Shown in pieces: positions 9,973 to 18,955 of a DNA stretch of 33,220 nt (the first letter of the stretch is position 1; each line of letters opens with the position of its first letter). This DNA is from a virus (lineage: Duplodnaviria > Heunggongvirae > Uroviricota > Caudoviricetes): positions 1 through 33,220 of IMG/VR virus record IMGVR_UViG_2874920711_000012, one strand, 5' to 3'. The notes below the pieces were generated by a model. The model saw only the letters and a program-made list of their open reading frames with translations. It was not told where the DNA came from and ran no database searches. Made by a program: the position numbers and the translations under genes.

Positions 9973-10051
9973 CTTTAATCATCTGAGAATATAAGATAGA
10001 AATCAATTGATTAGCATAATTTATTTTGAATTTTCATGTTAATAAATAAAA

Positions 10052-10073
10052 GGCCAGTTATTGGCCTTTTATC
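10052..10073. terminator. Bidirectional intrinsic terminator between S and the cargo gene at 10075-10494
   Basis: Hairpin GGCCAGTTATTGGCC flanked by A/T runs on both sides (…ataaataaaa GGCCAgttaTTGGCC ttttatc…). Confidence 0.6.
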
Positions 10074-10074
10074 A

Positions 10075-10494
10075 TTACTTTCCATTTTTTAATGAATTGA
10101 TTAACGATGCTATTTGCTCAATGCCATCAAATGTAGATGGTATCTTATCATCGGATAGCATGATGTTTGAAAATACTACGTCTTCGAATTTTGAAAGCGC
10201 TTCCGGATTGTTTTTCCTTATCTCTGAGGAATAGTCGCTATAACTCTGAATGAACTGACAAAGGCTCTTTCTGAGTTCTATTTGCATAATCTGAGTTCGT
10301 AACGATATATGATTTAGCAGTACAACTCTAAAGTAATACATGAAAATCAATGTAACTGATGCAAAAGGTAGTGCTGACATAAAATATGTGGCAGCATTTG
10401 TCGTTTCGAGAGCTGGTAATTTATGCATTCCATAGTATATCAGCTGGGAGGGAATGATTATAGCCAAGATGATAAGAATTATTCTTGATAGCAT
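10075..10494 (-). CDS. Hypothetical two-TM membrane protein (139 aa), downstream gene of the S-V cargo module
   Basis: Intact ORF on the strand opposite the phage late genes; two N-terminal hydrophobic segments (RIILIILAIIIPSQLIYYGM and YFMSALPFASVTLIFMYYF); AT-rich. Function unknown. Confidence 0.6.
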   Translation of the reverse strand: MLSRIILIILAIIIPSQLIYYGMHKLPALETTNAATYFMSALPFASVTLIFMYYFRVVLLNHISLRTQIMQIELRKSLCQFIQSYSDYSSEIRKNNPEALSKFEDVVFSNIMLSDDKIPSTFDGIEQIASLINSLKNGK

Positions 10495-10580
10495 GATTGC
10501 ACTTTCTTTTTTTTGCCAAGTGAATTAAAGCCTTCAAACAATCCAACAAAATTAAATGCGACCTCATACCCTTTTAATGA

Positions 10581-11147
10581 CTATTTGATTGACTCTATTT
10601 TGGCATGTTGCTCCTTTAAGAAGGAGTCGCACTTTTCGAAAAATTGACGCCCTTCGTTTAAACTATCAATGTATTTTTTATATGTGTCAACATTGCTGGA
10701 GCTTAAAACTTCTTTAACCATTGCTAATGGCAGTTCTCTAAGAGAAAAGTCTATCTGTGCTCTGCTCCGCTCATCGAATTCATTATAGTTATACAGAGCA
10801 AAATCCTTGATGGTTCTTAGTGGTGAAAAGTGAGACTCTATTTCCGGAGAGAGAATGCTTGGTTCAATGATAAAGCTAAAAAAGCAAGTGAATATAAGGT
10901 TGATGCTGTTGTTATCTTCTCCCTTTTTTCTTAAGAAACTTTTAAAGGTGTCGCCAATCATAGCAATGTTGTGCTGGGATTTTTTGTCCCAATCTTCAGG
11001 GTTTTCGGAAATGAAGTTTATTGCTTGAGCAATTATTTTGTTTCTGTTTGATTCAAAGTTTGTGCCGGGAGTCAGCGTGTTCAAAAAGACCAGATAATCT
11101 TTGAACAATTCTTTCATTGTTTCTGACGAGAAAAAGTAAGTACTCAT
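10581..11147 (-). CDS. Hypothetical soluble protein (~188 aa), upstream gene of the S-V cargo module
   Basis: AT-rich ORF co-oriented with 10075-10494, 86 bp upstream of it. Start chosen at MSTYFF (11147); the ORF track extends to 11243, which would overlap the V start. No recognised motif. Confidence 0.5.
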   Translation of the reverse strand: MSTYFFSSETMKELFKDYLVFLNTLTPGTNFESNRNKIIAQAINFISENPEDWDKKSQHNIAMIGDTFKSFLRKKGEDNNSINLIFTCFFSFIIEPSILSPEIESHFSPLRTIKDFALYNYNEFDERSRAQIDFSLRELPLAMVKEVLSSSNVDTYKKYIDSLNEGRQFFEKCDSFLKEQHAKIESIK

Positions 11148-11233
11148 AATGGATTTTGTTGTCCCTTGTTGTTCTGTGCACCAGAAATCGTGGTGTGATT
11201 TACTTCGAGATTGTACAGAATCATTATTATCGA

Positions 11234-11863
11234 ATGAATGCACAATACAATGAAATTCTTCGCTTTATACGCAATATGATTCGCACTGGCATTATTGTCG
11301 AAACCGACCTTAATGCCGGTCGCTGCCGTGTGCAGACCGGCGGCATGTGCACCGACTGGCTTCAGTGGCTGACCCATCGCGCCGGACGTTCGCGCACATG
11401 GTGGGCACCTTCCGTGGGGGAACAGGTGCTGATTCTGGCCGTGGGCGGTGAACTCGACACGGCGTTCGTTCTGCCGGGGATTTATTCCTGCGATAACCCC
11501 GCGCCGTCTGCGTCGGCGGATGCCCTGCATATCCGTTTCCCTGACGGGGCGGTGATTGAGTATGAACCCGAAACCAGTGCACTCACGGTAAGCGGAATTA
11601 AAACGGCCAGCGTGACGGCTTCTGATTCTGTTACTGCCACGGTGCCGGTGGTCATGGTGAAAGCGTCAACCCGCATCACCCTGGACACCCCGGAGGTGGT
11701 CTGCACCAACAGACTGATTACCGGCACGCTGGAAGTGCAGAAGGGCGGGACGATGCGCGGCAACATTAAACATACCGGCGGTGAACTCTCATCAAACGGT
11801 AAGGTACTGCATACCCATAAACACCCCGGCGACAGCGGCGGCACAACCGGGAGTCCTCTATGA
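11234..11863 (+). CDS. V: Baseplate spike protein gpV
   Basis: …LRFIRNMIRTGIIVETDLNAGRCRVQTGGMCTDWLQW… P2 gpV-like; start at ATG 11234. Confidence 0.9.
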   Translation: MNAQYNEILRFIRNMIRTGIIVETDLNAGRCRVQTGGMCTDWLQWLTHRAGRSRTWWAPSVGEQVLILAVGGELDTAFVLPGIYSCDNPAPSASADALHIRFPDGAVIEYEPETSALTVSGIKTASVTASDSVTATVPVVMVKASTRITLDTPEVVCTNRLITGTLEVQKGGTMRGNIKHTGGELSSNGKVLHTHKHPGDSGGTTGSPL

Positions 11864-12207
11864 CAGCGCGTTATCTTGGAATGAATCGCAGTGATGGCCT
11901 GACGGTCACTGACCTTGAGCATATCAGCCAGAGTATCGGCGATATCCTGCGCACACCGGTCGGCTCACGGGTGATGCGTCGTGATTACGGCTCGTTGCTG
12001 GCGTCAATGATTGACCAGCCGCAGACCCCGGCGCTTGAGTTGCAGATTAAGGTCGCCTGTTACATGGCGGTGCTGAAATGGGAACCCCGCGTCACCCTGT
12101 CATCCGTCACCACGGCGCGCAGCTTTGATGGGCGAATGACGGTCACGTTAACCGGCCAGCACAACGACACCGGCCAGCCACTTTCGTTAACCATCCCTGT
12201 GAGTTGA
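11860..12207 (+). CDS. W: Baseplate protein gpW
   Basis: 115-aa ORF, P2 gpW-like sequence and position. Confidence 0.85.
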   Translation: MTARYLGMNRSDGLTVTDLEHISQSIGDILRTPVGSRVMRRDYGSLLASMIDQPQTPALELQIKVACYMAVLKWEPRVTLSSVTTARSFDGRMTVTLTGQHNDTGQPLSLTIPVS

Positions 12208-12211
12208 AACC

Positions 12212-13120
12212 ATGCCGATTATCGACCTGAACCAGCTACCCGCACCGGATGTGGTCGAGGAGCTGGACTTTGAAACCATTCTCGCCGAACGCAAGGCGAC
12301 ACTGATTTCCCTTTACCCGGAAGACCAGCAGGAGGCGGTCGCCCGTCCCCTGACGCTGGAATCTGAGCCTCTCGTCAAACTGCTGGAGGAAAATGCTTAT
12401 CGTGAGCTTATCTGGCGTCAGCGTGTGAATGAGGCCGCACGGGCGGTGATGCTGGCCTGTGCCGCCGGTAATGACCTTGATGTGATTGGTGCCAATTACA
12501 ACACCACGCGTCTGACTATCACCCCGGCAGATGATTCGACTATCCCGCCGACACCGGCAGTGATGGAGTCTGACACGGATTATCGTCTGCGTATTCAGCA
12601 GGCGTTTGAAGGCTTAAGCGTCGCCGGGTCGGTGGGAGCCTATCAGTATCATGGTCGCAGTGCTGACGGGCGTGTCGCGGATATCTCTGTCACCAGTCCG
12701 TCTCCGGCCTGCGTCACTATCTCCGTGCTGTCACGTGAAAATAACGGCGTCGCATCCGAAGACCTGCTGGCCGTGGTGCGTAACGCCCTTAATGGCGAGG
12801 ACGTCAGGCCGGTGGCCGACCGCGTGACCGTGCAGTCTGCCGCCATTGTTGAATATCAGATAAACGCCACACTTTACCTTTACCCAGGTCCCGAAAGCGA
12901 ACCCATCCGCGCTGCTGCCGTGAAAAAACTGGAAGCGTACATCACGGCACAGCACCGGCTGGGGCGCGACATCCGTCTGTCTGCCATTTATGCCGCTTTG
13001 CATGTGGAAGGCGTGCAGCGTGTCGAACTGACTGCACCGCTGGCTGACATCGTGCTCAACAGTACGCAGGCGTCTTTCTGTACTGAATACCGCGTCGTGA
13101 CCGGAGGCTCGGATGAGTGA
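12212..13120 (+). CDS. J: Baseplate protein gpJ
   Basis: 302-aa ORF, P2 gpJ-like sequence and position. Confidence 0.9.
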   Translation: MPIIDLNQLPAPDVVEELDFETILAERKATLISLYPEDQQEAVARPLTLESEPLVKLLEENAYRELIWRQRVNEAARAVMLACAAGNDLDVIGANYNTTRLTITPADDSTIPPTPAVMESDTDYRLRIQQAFEGLSVAGSVGAYQYHGRSADGRVADISVTSPSPACVTISVLSRENNGVASEDLLAVVRNALNGEDVRPVADRVTVQSAAIVEYQINATLYLYPGPESEPIRAAAVKKLEAYITAQHRLGRDIRLSAIYAALHVEGVQRVELTAPLADIVLNSTQASFCTEYRVVTGGSDE

Positions 13121-13643
13121 TTCGCGACTGCTGCCGACCGGCTCATCACCGCTTGAAGTCGCCGCCGCAAAAGCCTGTGCGGAAATTGAAAAAACACCGG
13201 TCAGTATTCGTGAGCTGTGGAACCCGGACACCTGCCCGGCAAATCTGCTGCCGTGGCTGGCGTGGGCGTTTTCGGTCGACAGGTGGGATGAAAAGTGGCC
13301 GGAAGCGACCAAACGCGCCGTTATTCGCGATGCCTATTTCATCCACTGTCATAAAGGCACTATAGGTGCAATCCGGCGTGTGGTGGAGCCGCTAGGCTAT
13401 CTCATCAACGTGACGGAGTGGTGGGAAACCAGTGACCCGCCGGGCACCTTCCGGCTTGATATTGGTGTACTGGAAAGTGGCATCACAGAGGCAATGTATC
13501 AGGAAATGGAACGGCTGATTGCTGATGCCAAACCTGCAAGCCGCCACCTTATTGGCCTGAACATTACCCGGGACATTCCCGGCTACCTGTTCGCCGGTGG
13601 TGTGGCTTATGACGGCGATGTAATTACGGTTTACCCCGGATAA
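13113..13643 (+). CDS. I: Baseplate protein gpI
   Basis: 176-aa ORF, P2 gpI-like sequence and position. Confidence 0.85.
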   Translation: MSDSRLLPTGSSPLEVAAAKACAEIEKTPVSIRELWNPDTCPANLLPWLAWAFSVDRWDEKWPEATKRAVIRDAYFIHCHKGTIGAIRRVVEPLGYLINVTEWWETSDPPGTFRLDIGVLESGITEAMYQEMERLIADAKPASRHLIGLNITRDIPGYLFAGGVAYDGDVITVYPG

Positions 13644-13654
13644 GTGAGGAATAA

Positions 13655-15756
13655 TGAGCACAAAATTCAGAACCGTTATCACCACTGCCGGTGCAGCAAA
13701 GCTGGCAGCGGCAACCGCACCGGGAGGCGGAAGGTCAACATTACCACGATGGCCGTCGGGATGGCGGTGGTAAATTGCCTGTCCCGGATGCCGGACAGAC
13801 CGGGCTTATCCATGAAGTCTGGCGACATGCGCTGAACAAAATCAGCCAAGACAAACGAAACAGTAATTATATTATCGCAGAGCTGGTTATTCCGCCGGAG
13901 GTGGGCGGTTTCTGGATGCGTGAGCTTGGCCTGTACGATGATGCGGGAACGTTAATTGCCGTGGCGAACATGGCCGAAAGTTATAAGCCAGCTCTTGCCG
14001 AAGGCTCAGGGCGTTCGCAGACCTGCCGTATGGTCATCATCGTCAGCAGTGTGGCCTCAGTGGAGCTGACCATTGACACCACAACGGTGATGGCGACGCA
14101 GGATTACGTTGATGACAAAATTGCAGAGCACGAACAGTCACGACGTCACCCGGACGCCTCGCTGACCGCAAAAGGTTTTACTCAGTTAAGCAGTGCGACC
14201 AACAGCATGTCTGAAACACTGGCTGCAACGTCGAGAGCGGTAAAGACCGCCTATGACCTTGCTAACGGGAAATATACCGCGCAGGATGCCACCACCGCGC
14301 GAAAAGGCCTTGTTCAGCTCAGTAGTGCGACTAACAGCACGTCTGAAACGCTCGCCGCAACGCCGAAAGCATATGACCTTGCTAACGGGAAATACACTGC
14401 ACAGGATGCCACAACAGCGCGAAAAGGCCTTGTTCAGCTCAGTAGCGCCACCAACAGTGATTCTGAAACGCAGGCTGCAACGCCAAAGGCGGTGAAGTCT
14501 GCCTATGACAATGCTGAAAAACGTCTTCAGAAAGATCAGAACGGTGCGGATATCCCTGATAAAGAACGCTTCCTGAGTAACATTAATGTTTACAGCAAAG
14601 GTGAAGTGGATAAGAAAAAGGGAATGCGAAAGTATTCGTTTGCAGCCCCTGCAAATGTCGTTGCCGGGAAGTGGTACCCCGTTATCTTTCGCCGTGCTGC
14701 CAGCCTTTCAGGAGAAATGGCATCCCGCGTTGTTATTTCCACTGGTTGTTATAACGGCGATTATGTAATGAATAACTGCGAGTTTAATGGCATGGTTATG
14801 CCCGGAGGCTGGACTGATCGTGGTTCATATGCGGCAGGTTATTACTGGACGTATCAGACTAATGAGCGTTCAATCCATTCCATTGTTACAAGCCTGAAAG
14901 ATGATGATGTATGTAGTGTTTTTTATGTTGAAGCCAGAGCTTTCCCTGTACAAATTCTTGCAGAGGAAGGGCTAACGGTTATTGTTCCGACAGAGGATTA
15001 TGTCGTCGGTCAAACGACATATAAGTGGGGGGCAACTAATCCCGCTACAGAAAGCACGAACGCACAGGCTATTCTGGATTTTAAAAATGGACGTGGTTAT
15101 TACTGTTCACATCCATTTATTTCCAGCCTTTCAGGAAATGCTGCAACAGCAACGAAGTTAGCGAACGCAAGAAATATTAATGGTGTCAGATTTGATGGCT
15201 CTGCCGATATAAATATTAATACACTGGTATCCAGAAACCGTGTTACTGCATTAGGTGGGAGCGTAAAGGGGACACCAGGTATTCAGATGTATGAGGCATA
15301 CAACAATGGCTACCCAACAGCCTATGGTAATGTGCTTCATCTCACTGGCGTAACCGCAGTAGGAGAGGGTGAGTTACTTATTGGTTGGAGTGGAACCAGC
15401 GGTGCTCATGCTCCGGCATATATTCGTTCCCGACGAGATACCACAGATGCTAACTGGTCTGGATGGGCGCAACTATATACAACTGCTCATAAACCTCAGC
15501 GGGAGATGTTGGTGCATACACCAAAACTGAGTCAGATTCACGTTATGTGAGAGACATGCGGCTGGGCGGTGCATCTACATATAAACCAGCAAATAATGGT
15601 ACTACATGGACGCATCAGGCTCCGTCAGGTTGCGTATATACCGGCATTATTGTTCAGGATACCGGCTCAAACTCTGCCGATAACATTGGTGGCGTATATT
15701 ACAGACCGGTGCAGAAATACATTAACGGGACATGGTATAACGTGGTGCAGGTATAA
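13655..15756 (+). CDS. H: Tail fiber protein gpH (apparent frameshifts near 13725, 13760 and 15545)
   Basis: ATG 13655 encodes MSTKFRTVITTAGAAKLAAATAPG (gpH N-terminus); frame breaks in G-runs; contains SSATNS…AYDLANGKYTAQDATTARKGLVQL repeats; AT-rich distal (receptor-binding) part continues into ORF 15547-15756. Confidence 0.8.
14170..14480 (+). repeat. Coding tandem repeats (~120-nt unit, about 3 copies) inside the tail fiber gene
   Basis: Repeated peptide QLSSATNS(x)SETLAATPKA…YDLANGKYTAQDATTARKGLV visible three times in the gpH translation. Confidence 0.6.
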
Positions 15757-15759
15757 TTT

Positions 15760-16287
15760 ATGCAGCATTTAAAAAATATTACGGCGGGTAATCCAAAAAC
15801 GGTTGAACAATATCAATTGACAAAGGACTTTGATGTTGTCTGGTTTTTTTCAGAAGATGGTAAGAACTGGTACGAAGAACAAAAGTATTTTGCTGATGAC
15901 ACGATAAAAATAGCGTACGACAAAGATAATATCATCCACTATGTGGAAAAGGATGTGACAGCTATCAGACCGGATGGATTAAGTGTTGTTGAAGTGGCGG
16001 ATATTACTGCTAACCGACGGGCGGACATTTCAGGGAACTGGATGTTTAAGGACGGCAAAGTGATTAAACGCGTTTATACGGCAGAGGAATTACAGCAGCA
16101 GGCAGAAATTCGGAAAGCCAGACTTCTTGCAGATGCTGAATCCGTGATTTTGCCGCTGGAGCGCGCGGTCAGACTGAACATGGCAACAGATGAGGAGCGT
16201 AGCCGACTGGAATCATGGGAACGCTACAGCGTTCTGGTCAGTCGTGTGGATCCTGCAAATCCTGAATGGCCGGAAATGCCGCAATAA
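15760..16287 (+). CDS. G: Tail fiber assembly chaperone gpG
   Basis: 175-aa ORF immediately after H, P2 gpG-like. Confidence 0.85.
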   Translation: MQHLKNITAGNPKTVEQYQLTKDFDVVWFFSEDGKNWYEEQKYFADDTIKIAYDKDNIIHYVEKDVTAIRPDGLSVVEVADITANRRADISGNWMFKDGKVIKRVYTAEELQQQAEIRKARLLADAESVILPLERAVRLNMATDEERSRLESWERYSVLVSRVDPANPEWPEMPQ

Positions 16288-16337
16288 GTTGTATTAGCTT
16301 ACATATCTATGGCACAGAGTAAAGCCTAATCTGATAG

Positions 16338-16372
16338 TCCGCTCTGTGCCAGGAGCAGACATTACCAACGTT
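16338..16372. repeat. Copy A of a ~35-nt conserved motif (GC-rich stem with loop TGTGCCAG) that recurs at 20342-20376
   Basis: TCCGCTCTGTGCCAGGAGCAGACATTACCAACGTT versus TTCGCTTTGTGCCAGGAGCGGACGTTGCCAGCATT, about 80% identity; also pairs with an upstream arm TGGCACAGAG (16310-16319 with 16342-16351). Confidence 0.5.
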
Positions 16373-16644
16373 ATGACCCTCGATTACATCAAAGAGCCCT
16401 ATAGCCGAAACCTGCACCATAGCCATCTCTGTAGAATTCGTCCTAGGGGCTTTTAACAGACCTAGTTGTATGGATCGGAAGGAAATATTAAAGCTCAAGG
16501 CGTCAGTCCAGTGCTGTCCTGTTTGCTTACCACACGAAAGAGTGCTGCTTGTACCTGCTAACTAATGGTATGCGGAGTGAGGGGGCGGGTAGAACCAAAA
16601 GCACTTACTACGTGTGGCGCTCTCCTGGAAGAGGAGACGTCGAA

Positions 16645-16731
16645 GTGATAACGCTAACAACAGTCTTACTGGTGATGCAAATAATGCTAGCTGGTCTGGT
16701 TGTCATCAAGCAACTGACCGGACGCCCGTAA
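16645..16731 (+). CDS. Candidate small hydrophobic peptide (28 aa, GTG start), type I toxin-like
   Basis: GAGGAG Shine-Dalgarno 8 nt upstream of GTG; peptide MITLTTVLLVMQIMLAGLVVIKQLTGRP; an intrinsic terminator hairpin follows and is split by IS2. Speculative. Confidence 0.3.
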   Translation: MITLTTVLLVMQIMLAGLVVIKQLTGRP

Positions 16732-16865
16732 GGGATGGAGGAACTTGATTAAAGGCAGGGGGTTACCTCCCCTGCTAGACTGGCCCCTGAATCTCCAGAC
16801 AACCAGTATCACTTAAATAAGTGATAGTCTTAATACTAGTTTTTAGACTAGTCATTGGAGTACAG

Positions 16866-17231
16866 ATGATTGATGTCTTAGGGCCGGAGAAACGCAGACG
16901 GCGTACCACACAGGAAAAGATCGCAATTGTTCAGCAGAGCTTTGAACCGGGGATGACGGTCTCCCTCGTTGCCCGGCAACATGGTGTAGCAGCCAGCCAG
17001 TTATTTCTCTGGCGTAAGCAATACCAGGAAGGAAGTCTTACTGCTGTGGCCGCCGGAGAACAGGTTGTTCCTGCCTCTGAACTTGCTGCCGCCATGAAGC
17101 AGATTAAAGAACTCCAGCGCCTGCTCGGCAAGAAAACGATGGAAAATGAACTCCTCAAAGAAGCCGTTGAATATGGACGGGCAAAAAAGTGGATAGCGCA
17201 CGCGCCCTTATTGCCCGGGGATGGGGAGTAA
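16866..17231 (+). CDS. insC: IS2 InsC (orfA)
   Basis: [56 protein letters not shown]… IS3-family orfA. Confidence 0.85.
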
Positions 17232-18094
17232 GCTTAGTCAGCCGTTGTCTCCGGGTGTCGCGTGCGCAGTTGCACGTCATTCTCAGACGAACCGATGACT
17301 GGATGGATGGCCGCCGCAGTCGTCACACTGATGATACGGATGTGCTTCTCCGTATACACCATGTTATCGGAGAGCTGCCCACGTATGGTTATCGTCGGGT
17401 ATGGGCGCTGCTTCGCAGACAGGCAGAACTTGATGGTATGCCTGCGAACAATGCCAAACGTGTTTACCGGATCATGCGCCAGAATGCGCTGTTGCTTGAG
17501 CGAAAACCTGCTGTACCGCCATCGAAACGGGCACATACAGGCAGAGTGGCCGTGAAAGAAAGCAATCAGCGATGGTGCTCTGACGGGTTCGAGTTCTGCT
17601 GTGATAACGGAGAGAGACTGCGTGTCACGTTCGCGCTGGACTGCTGTGATCGTGAGGCACTGCACTGGGCGGTGACTACCGGCGGCTTCAACAGTGAAAC
17701 AGTACAGGACGTCATGCTGGGAGCGGTGGAACGCCGCTTCGGCAACGATCTTCCGTCGTCTCCAGTGGAGTGGCTGACGGATAATGGTTCATGCTACCGG
17801 GCTAATGAAACACGCCAGTTCGCCCGGATGTTGGGACTTGAACCGAAGAACACGGCGGTGCGGAGTCCGGAGAGTAACGGAATAGCAGAGAGCTTCGTGA
17901 AAACGATAAAGCGTGACTACATCAGTATCATGCCCAAACCAGACGGGTTAACGGCAGCAAAGAACCTTGCAGAGGCGTTCGAGCATTATAACGAATGGCA
18001 TCCGCATAGTGCGCTGGGTTATCGCTCGCCACGGGAATATCTGCGGCAGCGGGCTTGTAATGGGTTAAGTGATAACAGATGTCTGGAAATATAG
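17189..18094 (+). CDS. insD: IS2 InsD (orfB, DDE transposase domain)
   Basis: 301-aa ORF overlapping insC in another frame, typical IS3-family orfA/orfB arrangement. Confidence 0.85.
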
Positions 18095-18180
18095 GGGCAA
18101 ATCCACCTGCCTTTTTTCGTTTCTGCGCAAGTTAGCTCTGTTATTATAATCCTTACTCACACTGTAAGGACATAGTTCAA

Positions 18181-18309
18181 ATGACTGAATGGCTTAATGC
18201 ACATTTTGGTGCAGACGCAGCTACCTATCTTAGCTTATTAGTCGGCGTACTGGCACTGTTTGGTATTGGGGCGGTGTTACATATAGAATCAGACAGCAAA
18301 ACAACATAA
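18181..18309 (+). CDS. Small TM peptide ORF (42 aa); possibly the N-terminal part of one gene with 18339-18797
   Basis: ATG at 18181 with AAGGA upstream and a TATAAT at 18145-18150; hydrophobic stretch LSLLVGVLALFGIGAVL. The downstream ORF frame is open back to 18232, so a single base difference in 18232-18306 would fuse the two. Confidence 0.4.
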   Translation: MTEWLNAHFGADAATYLSLLVGVLALFGIGAVLHIESDSKTT

Positions 18310-18338
18310 AACAGAAGGCAAAGAAAACCGAGGGTGAT

Positions 18339-18797
18339 GTGAACCAGGCCGGGCGGGATATTAATCAGACCACCAACGTTTACCACACATCCAATGAATC
18401 TACTGAGGACCCTGTAAAAAAAAAGCAAGATGAACATGATCTGAAGATAATCGACCAGATCCTTGAATTGCTGCCTTATGAGGATACTACTCAATGGGTT
18501 GAGCAGAGCTACCTGAGCGGTATACGGCAAGATGTTTGCTTAAACATTGAAAAAGCTGAAAAATTTAGCGGTGAAAAGTATCGGTTATTCAATACTGAAG
18601 TGAATGGTGCGAAAGACGCTTTTTTGGACGCTATGACCGCATACGTAGATAGTACGCTACCATTTATGAGTGTTGATTACCCGAACAGAAAGCCAGTGAT
18701 GCTAAGCCTTCCCCATGACTGGAAGAGTAAGAGTGTTGAATCGGAGGCAAACTTCCGCTTTCATCAGCAAAATGTGCGTGAAACATCGGGGGGATGA
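18339..18797 (+). CDS. Hypothetical protein (152 aa as called)
   Basis: AT-rich ORF with no recognised motif; followed by a terminator hairpin that is split by the IS10-like element. Confidence 0.5.
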   Translation: MNQAGRDINQTTNVYHTSNESTEDPVKKKQDEHDLKIIDQILELLPYEDTTQWVEQSYLSGIRQDVCLNIEKAEKFSGEKYRLFNTEVNGAKDAFLDAMTAYVDSTLPFMSVDYPNRKPVMLSLPHDWKSKSVESEANFRFHQQNVRETSGG

Positions 18798-18955
18798 TTG
18801 CGCGCTATGAGGATTTTGTCAGGACATTTAAGGCTCATGGATTCATAAGCGATAAACTGTAAAGGCGCAGTGGGTCAGCGAACACCGCAACGACAGAACC
18901 GCGTAAGCGGTAAAATCAGCTTGTTAACTGGCGAGTTTATAGCCGTCCCTCCGGG

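Larger units (their letters stand above)
16776..18105 (+). mobile_element. IS2 (1330 bp) with 5-bp target-site duplication CCTGC
   Basis: Ends TAGACTGGCCCCTGAATCTCCAGACAACC… and …GGAAATATAGGGGCAAATCCA; CCTGC at 16771-16775 and 18106-18110; inserted in the stem of a terminator-like hairpin. Confidence 0.9.

Noticed and set aside
14170-14480. CRISPR-like or non-coding repeat array
   Set aside because: The repeats are in frame inside the tail fiber ORF and encode repeated peptide units; there are no spacer-like unique segments and no cas genes.
16307-16498. 63-aa minus-strand ORF in the leader region after G
   Set aside because: No RBS, and it overlaps the inverted-repeat structure; the region is better read as non-coding.
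16288-16775. Retron msr/msd non-coding RNA, suggested by the overlapping inverted repeats and the history of retrons in P2-like prophages
   Set aside because: No reverse transcriptase ORF is present anywhere in the cargo locus, and the only long neighbours are IS transposases.
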